The translations under genes were made by a program, and so were the position numbers. Below the pieces are notes generated by a model. That model had not been told where the DNA came from, did no database searches, and worked only from the letters and a program-made list of their open reading frames with translations. A DNA stretch of 64,000 nt. Source: Candidatus Zhuqueibacterota bacterium. GTDB taxonomy: Bacteria > Zhuqueibacterota > Zhuqueibacteria > Thermofontimicrobiales > Thermofontimicrobiaceae. The stretch lies in the NCBI GenBank assembly GCA_049322915.1, contig JBMOPW010000044.1, forward strand, positions 127,850-191,849, written 5' to 3'. The first letter of the stretch is position 1. The number at the start of each line of letters is the position of its first letter. Of this stretch, positions 20,842 to 30,939 are shown piece by piece.

Positions 20842-21225
20842 TTGGAGAATACCCCATTGGATAAAGATGGAAAATATTCCGATATTTACCTGGTGAAGCC
20901 CGACAAAAATATCGGAAATGATCCACTCAAGAAAGTTAATACAATTTCTGATATTAAGAATCAGTCGAAAAAACACGTGGCCACAATGTTATATAATGAA
21001 GCGGTCAGAAAAATCGCTCTCGGGCTTTACGACATCAGGAAATATGGCGATTTCGAAGACGCATGTGAGACGGCTCAAAAAATGCTGAGTTCAATTGAAC
21101 AGGATCCGCCCATCCGCGAGGATAAGGTGGCGTTAGCCAAACAACGAGTGAGATCTGGTTATTACAATCAGCGACATGTCATAGAACAGACTGTTGAGAA
21201 TTTATTGAAATACATGGGAATGTAA
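20842..21225 (+). CDS. flgM: FlgM-like anti-sigma28 factor
   Basis: C-terminal IREDKVALAKQRVRSGYY...VENLL matches the FlgM motif. Confidence 0.65.
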   Translation: MENTPLDKDGKYSDIYLVKPDKNIGNDPLKKVNTISDIKNQSKKHVATMLYNEAVRKIALGLYDIRKYGDFEDACETAQKMLSSIEQDPPIREDKVALAKQRVRSGYYNQRHVIEQTVENLLKYMGM

Positions 21226-21357
21226 CGAGAGGAGTTTCCCTGCTTTCTGGATACGCAGATGATGATGAGATGAATGCGAAATGTCATAGGGTAGTGATTT
21301 TTGATGATGATGAAGTGGAATATGACAGATGAATAGGGTTCCAGGACGTAGGTGAAT

Positions 21358-21392
21358 AAAACGCCGCTTGAAAAAGCGGCGTTTTTTTTTTA
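21358..21392. terminator. Terminator between convergent genes
   Basis: AAAACGCCGCT-TGAAAA-AGCGGCGTTTTTTTTT. Confidence 0.75.
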
Positions 21393-21412
21393 GTATTTTA
21401 GATACTTGGAAG

Positions 21413-23674
21413 CTACAGCGCAAATCCCAATAACTTGAGTGCGCTGTTTTTCCCTGTCTCACCTATTTCAAGTACAGGGCCCACGCACGAAGGACAGCCG
21501 GATTTGCATTTGCAATCAAGTATATGTTGTCGCGCTGCCAGCAACACATCATTGTGCGCATAGAATAATTTTCGGCTATAGCCAACGCCGCCGGGATACA
21601 CATCGTAAATATAAATAGTCGCCCGTTTGGAAAAGGTCGCTTTCACCATGGGGATAGCCCGAAGGTCGCTGGGATCGCCCATGACGTAGAACGGCGCGAC
21701 GTTGGACAGCACATTGGCCACAGCTTTCAACGCTTCCCCCAATGCTGCTTCGGACAATCCCAGCATGGCAGCAGTATTCTCTTCAAACTCTAACCAGTAT
21801 GATGTGGTGTGCATCTCCAGTTCCGGCAGATGGATTTGGCCCATGCCGATATTTTCATGGGTGTGAAATTTGATTTTTTTGTAGGCCACGGCCAGGGTTC
21901 GAACGCTCACTTCGCCGTAGGCTTTGCTTCCACCTTTTGCCGGCTCATTTTCAAAAACATCCAGCACCTGCAATTCAGTTTTCGTCTGAGCGTCGGTATA
22001 ATGGTCGACATCGACTTCGTGAACATAGGCCTTGCGTCGCTCCCAGTCCAGCTTGTCCACATGAAATTGCCGGCTTTCGTGCATGTAAATTGAATCTTCG
22101 AAAATGAGCATGGGCGCGCTGAAATAATCGACTTCACCAATGACACGGTCGTCATAGGTCGTGTCGATGATGACGAAATTCTCCGGTGATGCGCTGCGCA
22201 GGCTGATTTCCTGAGCCGGGTAGATGTCGCTGGTCCAGTGCCAGCGGTTGTCCACGTGATGCAGCACGCCGTTTTCCTCGAGATAGGCGAGCATTTCGTG
22301 CGTGGCGTCGGTGCCGAATTGCTCCCCGTCTTCAAATGGCAACTCGAACGCGGCGCATTTCAGATGGCTCATGAGAATGACCAGATTATTGGGATCGACG
22401 ATGCCTGTCTCCGGCGATTTGCCGAAAAAGTATTCCGGGTGATTGATGATGAACTGGTCGATGGGCGCGCTGGAAGAAATGAGAATTGCCACCGATGTCT
22501 CTGACCTTCGGCCGGCGCGACCAGCCTGTTGCCAACTGCTGGTGATGGTGCCAGGGTAGCCAGCCATGAGGCACACCGATAGCTGCCCGATGTCAATGCC
22601 AAGCTCCAGCGCGTTGGTGCTGACCACCCCCAGAATCTCGCCATTGCGCAGCCCTTTTTCGATGGCCCGGCGCTCTAATGGCAAATACCCGCCCCGATAG
22701 CCGCGAATCAGGTTGGGCGATTTGTTCAAATGCTGCATGATTTCTTTGAGATAGGTGACCAGAATTTCCACGCGCAGCCGGCTTCGGGCGAAGACAATCG
22801 TCTGGATGGCCGAGCCCAGAAATTTCTGCGCCAGCTTCTGGGTTTCGTTCACAACGGAGCGGCGAATGCCAAGCTCAAAATTCACCACCGGCGGATTGTA
22901 CAGAATGAAATGCTTTTCACCGCGCGGCGCGCCGTTATTATCGACGAGCTCGCACTCATCCTCGATAATTTTTTCTGTCAATTCTTTGGGATTGCCGATG
23001 GTGGCGGAGCAGCAAATAAACAGGGGATCGCTGTTGTAAAATTTGCAGATGCGTTTCAGCCGGCGAATGATATTGGCGAGATGACTACCGAAAACGCCGC
23101 GGTAATGGTGAATTTCATCGATCACAACATAGTTGAGATTTTCGAAAAGCTTGATCCATTTTGTGTGATGCGGCAAAATGCCCTGGTGCAGCATGTCCGG
23201 ATTGGTGACGACAATGTGACCGGCCGTGCGAATGGCCTTGCGCGCCGAAACCGGGGTATCGCCATCGAATGTGTAGGTTTTTATATTGCGATTCAACGCC
23301 GATGAGATGGAGTAAAGCTCATTCAATTGATCCTGGGACAGGGCTTTGGTTGGAAAAAGAAAAAGCGCCCGCGATTCAGGGTCTTCGATGAGCTTGTTAA
23401 GCACCGGCACATTGTAGCACAGCGTTTTCCCTGAGGCAGTCGGCGTGACCACCACAATGTTTTTCTCACTAAGAATAGCTTCGATAGAGGATGCCTGGTG
23501 ACTGTACAGTTTCTTAATGCCGCGTTCCTGCAAAATTTTCACCAGGTCTGGATGGATGGAATCCGGGAACTCGCTGTAGATGGCATCTTTCTCAGGTATC
23601 TTCTGCCAATGGGTGATATTGGCGATCATGTCCGGGTCGTTTCGGATCAAATCCAAAATTTGTTCTAATGTCAT
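21413..23674 (-). CDS. DEAH-box helicase with DUF1998 zinc domain (MrfA/YprA/Hrq1 family)
   Basis: TASGKT, DEIH, SAT, ELGIDIG, QQAGRAGRR, YD..PGGVG, CKCKSGCPSC. Confidence 0.93.
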   Translation of the reverse strand: MTLEQILDLIRNDPDMIANITHWQKIPEKDAIYSEFPDSIHPDLVKILQERGIKKLYSHQASSIEAILSEKNIVVVTPTASGKTLCYNVPVLNKLIEDPESRALFLFPTKALSQDQLNELYSISSALNRNIKTYTFDGDTPVSARKAIRTAGHIVVTNPDMLHQGILPHHTKWIKLFENLNYVVIDEIHHYRGVFGSHLANIIRRLKRICKFYNSDPLFICCSATIGNPKELTEKIIEDECELVDNNGAPRGEKHFILYNPPVVNFELGIRRSVVNETQKLAQKFLGSAIQTIVFARSRLRVEILVTYLKEIMQHLNKSPNLIRGYRGGYLPLERRAIEKGLRNGEILGVVSTNALELGIDIGQLSVCLMAGYPGTITSSWQQAGRAGRRSETSVAILISSSAPIDQFIINHPEYFFGKSPETGIVDPNNLVILMSHLKCAAFELPFEDGEQFGTDATHEMLAYLEENGVLHHVDNRWHWTSDIYPAQEISLRSASPENFVIIDTTYDDRVIGEVDYFSAPMLIFEDSIYMHESRQFHVDKLDWERRKAYVHEVDVDHYTDAQTKTELQVLDVFENEPAKGGSKAYGEVSVRTLAVAYKKIKFHTHENIGMGQIHLPELEMHTTSYWLEFEENTAAMLGLSEAALGEALKAVANVLSNVAPFYVMGDPSDLRAIPMVKATFSKRATIYIYDVYPGGVGYSRKLFYAHNDVLLAARQHILDCKCKSGCPSCVGPVLEIGETGKNSALKLLGFAL

Positions 23675-23857
23675 GATTGAACGCCCTTTATGTGTAGTCA
23701 GTGATCCGCAATTATTACGTTTTGTGTCGGCGCGATATATATTTTGGTTGGAAGAAAATGGTCTGGAAGTGCGGGCAATTTAACAAATAATTTTTAGAAA
23801 TGCAAAGCTATTTTGGTGAGAGGCAATTTGGAACGGAAGCGAAATCCATTCAAATTC

Positions 23858-23905
23858 ATTATGTTTTTCTAAGGACTTGAACACGTCCTGCAACTGATTC
23901 AACAT
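23858..23905 (-). pseudogene. Possible 5' remnant of a nucleotidyltransferase gene
   Basis: MLNQLQDVFKSLEKHN, then no GG-x-A/DxD motif and an early stop; family recalled from memory. Confidence 0.4.
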
Positions 23906-24059
23906 TCTTCGATTTCACTATGTTTGGATTAATTTCTAAAATTAAATCTGTATAATAGCAGAGTAAATCCATTCGGTCTGTAAGTGCTAACGACTGAAAC
24001 CAGCGAGCTTTTGATTCTATTGACTCTTTTTCGAAGCTATGAGAAATATTTTTTTTCAT
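23859..24059 (-). CDS. Small hypothetical protein of the type usually paired with a nucleotidyltransferase
   Basis: ESKARWFQSL..TDRMDLLC; overlaps a truncated downstream frame. Confidence 0.55.
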   Translation of the reverse strand: MKKNISHSFEKESIESKARWFQSLALTDRMDLLCYYTDLILEINPNIVKSKNVESVAGRVQVLRKT

Positions 24060-24135
24060 AAATAAACCATTAATTTCATACACAATAAAAGACGAATTAA
24101 TTTAACAAATAATAAAGAAATTATCAAGAAAAATA

Positions 24136-25302
24136 TTACTCAGTTATCTCTACCAAACTGAATCGCCTGACAACCCGAAATTCATCCTCGGTTGTAGTGA
24201 TGCTGTATGCCTTCCCGCCTTTGAATTCGTAAATGGGATAATCCACGGACACCTGTTTCAGGTAAATCCCATCAGGCGAAAACACATCATAAATCGTTCC
24301 TTTGAAATCCGAGTCGTGATAAATATTGACCCACACATTTCCCTCTTCATCGAACACCAGTTTTCTTTTGAAGGCCGGCTTGAATTTCGGCAGATTGGCT
24401 AAGTATTTTTCAAACAGCCGTTTCTGCTCTGCTGTCCAGTTTGGATTGTCCTTTCTTTCGAAAGTATTTGGAACCGGCGTGAATTCCCGCCCAAAACGGA
24501 AAGCCAATTTGCCATTGGGATCGTGCACATTGATTTGGTAATTTTCATTATAGCCCTCGTACAGCCTGCCTGAAAAATCGATGCCCCACACTGTCGTGGG
24601 CATGTCGCGGGAACCGATGGACATGCTGGATTCTTTCCCGGTGCGAACCGTGAACTGCTTCTCGTTGATGAACTCGCCGAAATTCAGAAGCTCTTTGCCA
24701 TCCGAACCAAAACGGTGAATGCTGATTTTGCTGTTTATATCTTCCACGTCCAGCGTGACGTTTCTCTGAAAATAGAGATGGTTGTTCCTGTCTGTTTCCA
24801 TTTCAGAGTGATACCCATTCTCCAATCTGAAGCCGGAAATGAATTTACCCAGCGTATCCAGAATAGCCACACGCCGCAGCCGGCTATCCATGATGTATAT
24901 TTTGCCATCGGATGGAAGATCGAAATACACAGGCACATCGAATTCGCCAGGGCCTTCGCCCTTTCGGCCCACAGTTCTCAGGAATTTACCACATGTATCG
25001 TAAACTTTGATAGTAACGTCTCCCCAGTCCAGAATGTAAATCGTTCCGTTTTCAGCGACTTTCACATCAAACGGGCGATTGAGAATGTAGCTTTCATCGC
25101 CTTCTTCCAGCCCAATGGTAACTTCCTCTTTCATCTCATAGGTGATTTTTCCATCCCTGGGAAAATCTGGGTTGCTGACGACTTTCACGCTGTCGATGGT
25201 TTCGATTTTTACAGGGTAATTTGCATTCAGATTCTCGTTGTCACGCGAAGAGCAAGAGAAGAGTAAAAACGGTAGCCATAGATAGATTAATATGTTATAC
25301 AT
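24136..25302 (-). CDS. 6-bladed beta-propeller (NHL) lipoprotein
   Basis: Lipobox LFSC; GRKGEGPGEF; YDVFSPDGIYL. Confidence 0.85.
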   Translation of the reverse strand: MYNILIYLWLPFLLFSCSSRDNENLNANYPVKIETIDSVKVVSNPDFPRDGKITYEMKEEVTIGLEEGDESYILNRPFDVKVAENGTIYILDWGDVTIKVYDTCGKFLRTVGRKGEGPGEFDVPVYFDLPSDGKIYIMDSRLRRVAILDTLGKFISGFRLENGYHSEMETDRNNHLYFQRNVTLDVEDINSKISIHRFGSDGKELLNFGEFINEKQFTVRTGKESSMSIGSRDMPTTVWGIDFSGRLYEGYNENYQINVHDPNGKLAFRFGREFTPVPNTFERKDNPNWTAEQKRLFEKYLANLPKFKPAFKRKLVFDEEGNVWVNIYHDSDFKGTIYDVFSPDGIYLKQVSVDYPIYEFKGGKAYSITTTEDEFRVVRRFSLVEITE

Positions 25303-25331
25303 TTTCAAAATCTTAGCTCCAGCAAAATGAG

Positions 25332-26345
25332 TCAAAATAATTTCAACAGATACTGAATTATTTTTGGATTGAATTGTTCTTCTGTGCCTTCATCCCACTG
25401 TTCCACATAAAAACTGTTCCCGCGAGTGTACGCAATCTCTTTGTCGAATGGCAAGTCACCTGCCAAAAAGTTGCCTGCTATATCATAAATTTCCAGATGC
25501 TTGTTTACCTTTGCCATAATCAGCCCTTTCTCCAAATAGTAGGGACCGTAAACAATGATCGGTGACTCATTTTCATCGGTTACAATTTTGAACAGACTGG
25601 TTTCTCTTGTAAATGAATTTATCAATTTCCCATCCGACGAATACTTGCGAATTTTATAGAGCAACGGGTTCATTTCATAGATATAATTATTATCGTCTAT
25701 GGCCACTCCATTTTGACTTGCCATCATTTTCACCTCAAGAACTTCTTCGGGAAACGGAGCAAACGAAATAAGAGTCTTCCCGTCGCCATCGTATTTGTGA
25801 ATCGTATCGTAAATATCTTTTTTGAAGGGATGTAATTCACCGGAATACATAAATAATTCATCAAGATGATTTATATGGATGAAATGTTTAATTCGGGATT
25901 TTGGAATTATAGATCGCTTAAAAGCATAATCCTTTCCATAAATATTAATTCGATTGTTCAGATAATCTACTACAAAAATATCACCGGCGCTGTTGAGAGC
26001 AAGACTCACAGGCGTGCTGTATTCACCAGGACCCTGGCCCTGTCTTCCCAATTCTTTTACGAATCGGCCGTCAGGCCCAAAGATAAAAACTGCTTTGGAC
26101 TGCCATCCATCGGCGATAATGAAGTTGCCGCTACTATCAATTTTCATGTCCGTTACCAGGGAAATGGCATGATCCGCACCTGTTGAGAGCTGCACTTCAC
26201 TGGTTTTTTCAAAAATATCATCGATACATTTTGCAGCAGATATTTTCTTCCTTTCTGCCGCGGATAAAGGGGATTCAGTAGTTGGTTTTTCTGTTGAACA
26301 ACGGAGGATGATAAAGAGGCTAAGAAGCAGGATGACTATGCGCAC
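25332..26345 (-). CDS. 6-bladed beta-propeller (NHL) protein, probably a lipoprotein
   Basis: Hydrophobic leader ending in Cys; GRQGQGPGEY. Confidence 0.85.
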   Translation of the reverse strand: MRIVILLLSLFIILRCSTEKPTTESPLSAAERKKISAAKCIDDIFEKTSEVQLSTGADHAISLVTDMKIDSSGNFIIADGWQSKAVFIFGPDGRFVKELGRQGQGPGEYSTPVSLALNSAGDIFVVDYLNNRINIYGKDYAFKRSIIPKSRIKHFIHINHLDELFMYSGELHPFKKDIYDTIHKYDGDGKTLISFAPFPEEVLEVKMMASQNGVAIDDNNYIYEMNPLLYKIRKYSSDGKLINSFTRETSLFKIVTDENESPIIVYGPYYLEKGLIMAKVNKHLEIYDIAGNFLAGDLPFDKEIAYTRGNSFYVEQWDEGTEEQFNPKIIQYLLKLF

Positions 26346-26418
26346 GATAGCTCCTTTCAGGCTAATGTCTCTTTCAGGTGATTAATTGTAATTTACACCT
26401 GCTGGAGTTTTTTCAACA

Positions 26419-27795
26419 TCAATGCTTCACTTTTTCAAGGGCATTTTTAAAATCAAAATCAGGGTCGCGTTCGGTGGTGTGGCAATTGGTACATGTGTGC
26501 TGGACAATGGGAGCCAGCATGCCTCTGGAATGTTTTTTATTGTCCATTTTTTCTGCGGTGGCCACGTGCGTTTTGCCGGTTCCGTGGCAGGCTTCGCACT
26601 GAATATTGACCATTTCCGGCGTGTCCTTGTAGGTATAAAATCCATTGAAACGGGCAAATCCGGTGGTATGGCATGGCAGACAATTATAGTTTTGCTGCTG
26701 TTTCTCTTTTAAGAGTCGCTGGAATGCCCGCGCATGGCCGGTCTTTTGCCATTGGTTGTACTGGGATTCGTGGCATTTTTTGCACGTCTCCGTCCCGGAG
26801 TACATGTCCATTCGCTGGTTTTGCTGGTGATTCATGTGATAGGTGAGCGTCAGTTCTTTGTCTTTGAACTCACTGATCAACGTCAGCATGTCCGGATCGT
26901 CGCTGAACTTTTCATCCAGCGCTGTCAACTTCCCCTCGTAGTCGAGTATATTTTTATCTTTGATTATCAGACGCAGATCGCCAATGTACTGTCCCTTGTT
27001 TCCCCCGACGACAGAGATGGCGCGATTGAGATTTTCCGGCTGCATCCGCATCACCGGGTCATGGCCGGAAAAGAACACGTCCACTTCCGGGACAGCATCA
27101 GCGAAAAGCTTCAATTCAGTGTAGCGCAAATGCGCCAGGCAAATGAGGATATCGCATTTGTCTTTAATCCGGGCCACCACCTGCTGCGCCGCTTCAATGG
27201 GATCTCCGACGACCAGATTCGGCTCGCCGTCTCCCAGGAAAAGCTGATCGCGGTACAACATCACCCCGAAAATTCCAACGGTCAATTTGGGGATGGTCGT
27301 GTCGCCATGTTTGATTTTCTTCAATTCCTTGATGAGATAGGGGGCAAATACCGGTTTGTTATTTTCCGCATAGAAAATATTGGCAGAGACAAACGGGAGC
27401 TTGTATTGTTTTTGCATTTCCAATAAAAAATTAACACCGTGCAGAAAATCCCGTTCGCCCGGAGTAATGGCATCGTAATTCAGGAGAGCGAATGAACGGA
27501 GGATGAATTCGGACTTGAGCTTCTCACGGCTGCCCCGTCCTCCATTGAAATCTCCTGTTTCGAGAATGAGAACATGTTCTCCGGAGTGTGAATGCGATTT
27601 AATGTAAGTGGCTCGCCGAGCCATTCCGCCACTGCGCTGAGAGCCTCACCCGCACGGATCCAGATAGCCCACTAAATTGCCGGAGGAAAAAATATGCAGT
27701 GGATATGTCTCTGCATCGTCCATGGGATGCGCCGATGAGAAAGAAAGGGATAGCGCGATGAGCACCAAAACGAAGGCGGCTACTTTTTCGAGCAT
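26419..27795 (-). CDS. UshA/5'-nucleotidase-like domain fused to a tetraheme cytochrome c, with in-frame UGA (probable selenocysteine, CGU motif)
   Basis: Signal peptide...GYLDPCG-TGA(27646-27648)-GSQRSGGMARRAT reads through in one frame; CKKCH, CLPCH, CEACH, CTNCH. Confidence 0.85.
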
Positions 27796-28094
27796 GGCAT
27801 TCTCTCCATTGTCCTGATTCGTGCAGTGGTTTATGCTACGTTCTATGCACGTTGCCCTGTTTTGTTCCAACAAGCTTTTGTCAATTTTCCCGGCCATTGA
27901 TTTGAAATGAATGGCGAATTGGAAATGGCTCGTGCAAAAATGCCGGTCCGGCCGGGAAATGGGGACCAGTTCAAAATTGTAACTGTGCTGAAACTTTTTT
28001 CCCGGGGGCATTATTTGTATTGACTTTCTGAACGAAAAAAGTTAGATTGGTCATCAGCAAATCCAAAGAACGACCATTTTGAGGAGTATTTGAC

Positions 28095-30686
28095 ATGAAG
28101 AAAATTCTCTCAGTCAGCTTTTTCTTCTCGCTTTTAATAAATTCTCTCCACGGCCAGATCGATGCCAGTCTGAAATTCCCATCCAATCTGTCGGTCTCGC
28201 CCGGCGTTGTCATTGAAATCCCGCTTCTCGTAACCACGGATTCGTTGATATCCAGCGTGCTGATAACGCTGGATTATGATTCGACAAAAGTGATCTTTCT
28301 TGGGGCCTCGGCCGGCGCTTCATTTCCGGGAGCGACTGTGACCGGCAATGGCAGTCCGGCATTCCCGCCAACGACAACCGGGACTAATAAAAACGCACAG
28401 GCCGAAATATTCGCAGAACCATCGAATCCCGTGACCGGCGCAGAGGTTGAAATGATCACCCTTCGCTGGCAGGTCAGCGGCTACAACGGAAATGCGCTCA
28501 TTCAATTCGAGCCGGCTGAGGCGCGGACCTTCCTTGCAACGGTTCATGGGAAAATAATCAGTCAGGAAAAATTGGACGCGGGCGACGGCGTGATCACGAT
28601 TGTCCCGGATACGACAGCCATTCTCAGCCTGGTCACCGATACCACGGATGTGCTGGAAAATACGCCGTTTGCAGTGACGCTCGCCGTGAGCCAGGTGGCT
28701 GACCTGCACCAATTCATCAGTACGATTTCATTTGATCCGACCATCATCCGCGTGGACTCTGTGCGGCCGGGAGATTTTCTGACCAATTCCGGCCTTAGCG
28801 CCATCACGTGGACGCCGCCTGTTCTGGATAATACCAGTGGACTGATTTCCGGAATTCAGGCGACGCGCGCCGATACTTTTGGGGTGCACGGAAGCGGCAG
28901 TCTGGCGCGGTTGTATTTCCGTTCCCTGATGCCCGGCGTATCTTCGCTGCAGTTCGTCACCACCGAATCTGCGCTACGTGACCCGGAAGCGAACGCCATT
29001 CCTGTGGCTTCATTCGCCGGCACTGACATGAATATTTACCGTGAACCGGTCGCCGAATTAGCGCTGCCGGACACATTCGCCGCGCAAAATCGGTATATCG
29101 ATCTTCCGATCACAATCACCGGAGTCGGCGATGTGGACATTATCTCCGCGCTCATCGAAGTCGGGTTTGACACTGCCTGCATGAAAGGCGTCAGTGTGGT
29201 CAGCCAGAACACGCTCACTGAAGGCTGGCAGACGCCTGTCGTCAATCTGCGGAGTGAGAGCATGTATTTTGCCCTGGCCGGGGCGTCGCCGCTGGCCGGG
29301 GACGGGATTCTCGTCTACTTGCGATTTTACACGAATCCCGGGGCCGAGGAGAATGACCAATGCGAACTGCGGTTCATCGATGTTTTGCTCAATGAGGGCG
29401 ACCCGACAACCATCATCCATGCCGGCAGTTTTCGGGTGAGAGGATTGCAAATCGCCGGCAGTATTGACTACGAAGGGACCGGCCTGCCGGTGCCGTTTGT
29501 GGGATTCTCGCTGACCGGCCATCAATTATTGACCCATCAGACGGATGAAAATGGCAATTTCAATTTTACGCGTTTGCATTACGGGAATTACGTGCTGACG
29601 CCGGAAAAGATAGGCGATCAGGGTCGCGCCATCTCTCCGTTCGATGCTGCGCTCGTTCTGCAACACGTTGTCGGTAGCAGTCAGTTGAGCCCGTACCAGA
29701 AAATTGCCGCGGACGTCACCGGGGATAGCACCGTGAGTTCGTTCGACGCGTCGTATATCATGCGGCTATCCGTGGATCTTGAAGAAAAATTTCCGGTCAT
29801 GGACACCGCGGATGCATTCTGGGAGTTTGTGCCGGCCGCATTTGCCATTGATGAAACGAACTGGTTCGCTCATCCGGATACCATTGTCTACAATCCGCTG
29901 GAGAAGGATGAATTCAATCAGAATTTTATCGGCATTATCTACGGGGATGTTTCCCAAAATTGGACAAGCCCCAGCCTGCAATCGGTTCGGGCGCAATTGC
30001 CCCCAATGCTCGCGGGCATGTCTGCCGGAGCGATTCGCCCGACCGGAATGAACTCGTTCGCCATGCCAATTATTCTTGAATCCAGCCAGGCCATTCACTC
30101 CATTGAACTGGAAATTAGTTATCCAGCAGAACTGATGGTTGTCTCGCGGGTGTCGCAGACGGACGGTTCCGGGCCGAGCCTGATTTCGTACAGCGTCGGG
30201 AATGCGCTGTTGAAAATCGCACTGGCTTCGGCAGAGCCAATGACGCAGCAGGGTGAGGTTATCGCTGTCCATTTTCAGATGAAAGCCGGGCAGACCGAAG
30301 GGTGGGATGGAGCCATCCGCATTGAGTCGGCGAAATTGAACGACGTGCCGGTACCGCTGGTGACAGGCGCTACTGATACGCGCGAAGCCATGATTCCGAC
30401 GCGACTATCGCTGGAGCAGAATTACCCCAATCCTTTCAATCAGGAGACGGTTTTCAAAGTGGATGTTCCGCTTTTGAGCTCAGGAGAAGAAGTGGCGTTG
30501 AAAATATATAATCTCACAGGCCAACTGGTGCGGACTTTGTTGAGCGGAGAAAGCCAGCCCGGAACGCGGCTCGTTCATTGGAGCGGCAACGATGAGGGGC
30601 AGCGACCAGTTTCGTCCGGAGAATATCTTGCCGTGCTGACCGCCGGCCGGCAGCGAATCGTTCAAAAATTCATCCTGCTGCGCTGA
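28095..30686 (+). CDS. Secreted cohesin-repeat plus dockerin-like protein with FlgD-Ig/Por-type tail
   Basis: Cohesin-like repeats (L.YDST, I.FDPT, V.FDTA); dockerin-like ISPFDAALVLQ...ADVTGDSTVSSFDAS; QNYPNPFN tail. Confidence 0.8.
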   Translation: MKKILSVSFFFSLLINSLHGQIDASLKFPSNLSVSPGVVIEIPLLVTTDSLISSVLITLDYDSTKVIFLGASAGASFPGATVTGNGSPAFPPTTTGTNKNAQAEIFAEPSNPVTGAEVEMITLRWQVSGYNGNALIQFEPAEARTFLATVHGKIISQEKLDAGDGVITIVPDTTAILSLVTDTTDVLENTPFAVTLAVSQVADLHQFISTISFDPTIIRVDSVRPGDFLTNSGLSAITWTPPVLDNTSGLISGIQATRADTFGVHGSGSLARLYFRSLMPGVSSLQFVTTESALRDPEANAIPVASFAGTDMNIYREPVAELALPDTFAAQNRYIDLPITITGVGDVDIISALIEVGFDTACMKGVSVVSQNTLTEGWQTPVVNLRSESMYFALAGASPLAGDGILVYLRFYTNPGAEENDQCELRFIDVLLNEGDPTTIIHAGSFRVRGLQIAGSIDYEGTGLPVPFVGFSLTGHQLLTHQTDENGNFNFTRLHYGNYVLTPEKIGDQGRAISPFDAALVLQHVVGSSQLSPYQKIAADVTGDSTVSSFDASYIMRLSVDLEEKFPVMDTADAFWEFVPAAFAIDETNWFAHPDTIVYNPLEKDEFNQNFIGIIYGDVSQNWTSPSLQSVRAQLPPMLAGMSAGAIRPTGMNSFAMPIILESSQAIHSIELEISYPAELMVVSRVSQTDGSGPSLISYSVGNALLKIALASAEPMTQQGEVIAVHFQMKAGQTEGWDGAIRIESAKLNDVPVPLVTGATDTREAMIPTRLSLEQNYPNPFNQETVFKVDVPLLSSGEEVALKIYNLTGQLVRTLLSGESQPGTRLVHWSGNDEGQRPVSSGEYLAVLTAGRQRIVQKFILLR

Positions 30687-30790
30687 TGGTTTCCGCGCTG
30701 GCCAATCGATGAATTCGCCGGCGCGTCTCTTCCAGCCAACGTCTCCACATCACCGGGCGCGATGCAGCAGCCGGGGAAGGCCTGAAAACT

Positions 30791-30822
30791 GCATGGGAGC
30801 GAATGCGAAATTGCTCCCATGC
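30791..30822. terminator. Hairpin between convergent genes
   Basis: GCATGGGAGC...GCTCCCATGC 10-bp stem. Confidence 0.5.
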
Positions 30823-30939
30823 GTTCCACACGCTTCATGACAGTCTCACCAATTCATTCCATTGTCGCAGTCAGATGCACCTGCGGACCAATAGCCATGC
30901 GCGGCGACTCCGCCGCAATTCGATGAATTTGACCCGCTT

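Noticed and set aside
27646..28011. Independent 121-aa ORF
   Set aside because: Its 3' part is the N-terminus of the UGA-readthrough protein; the rest is upstream non-coding DNA
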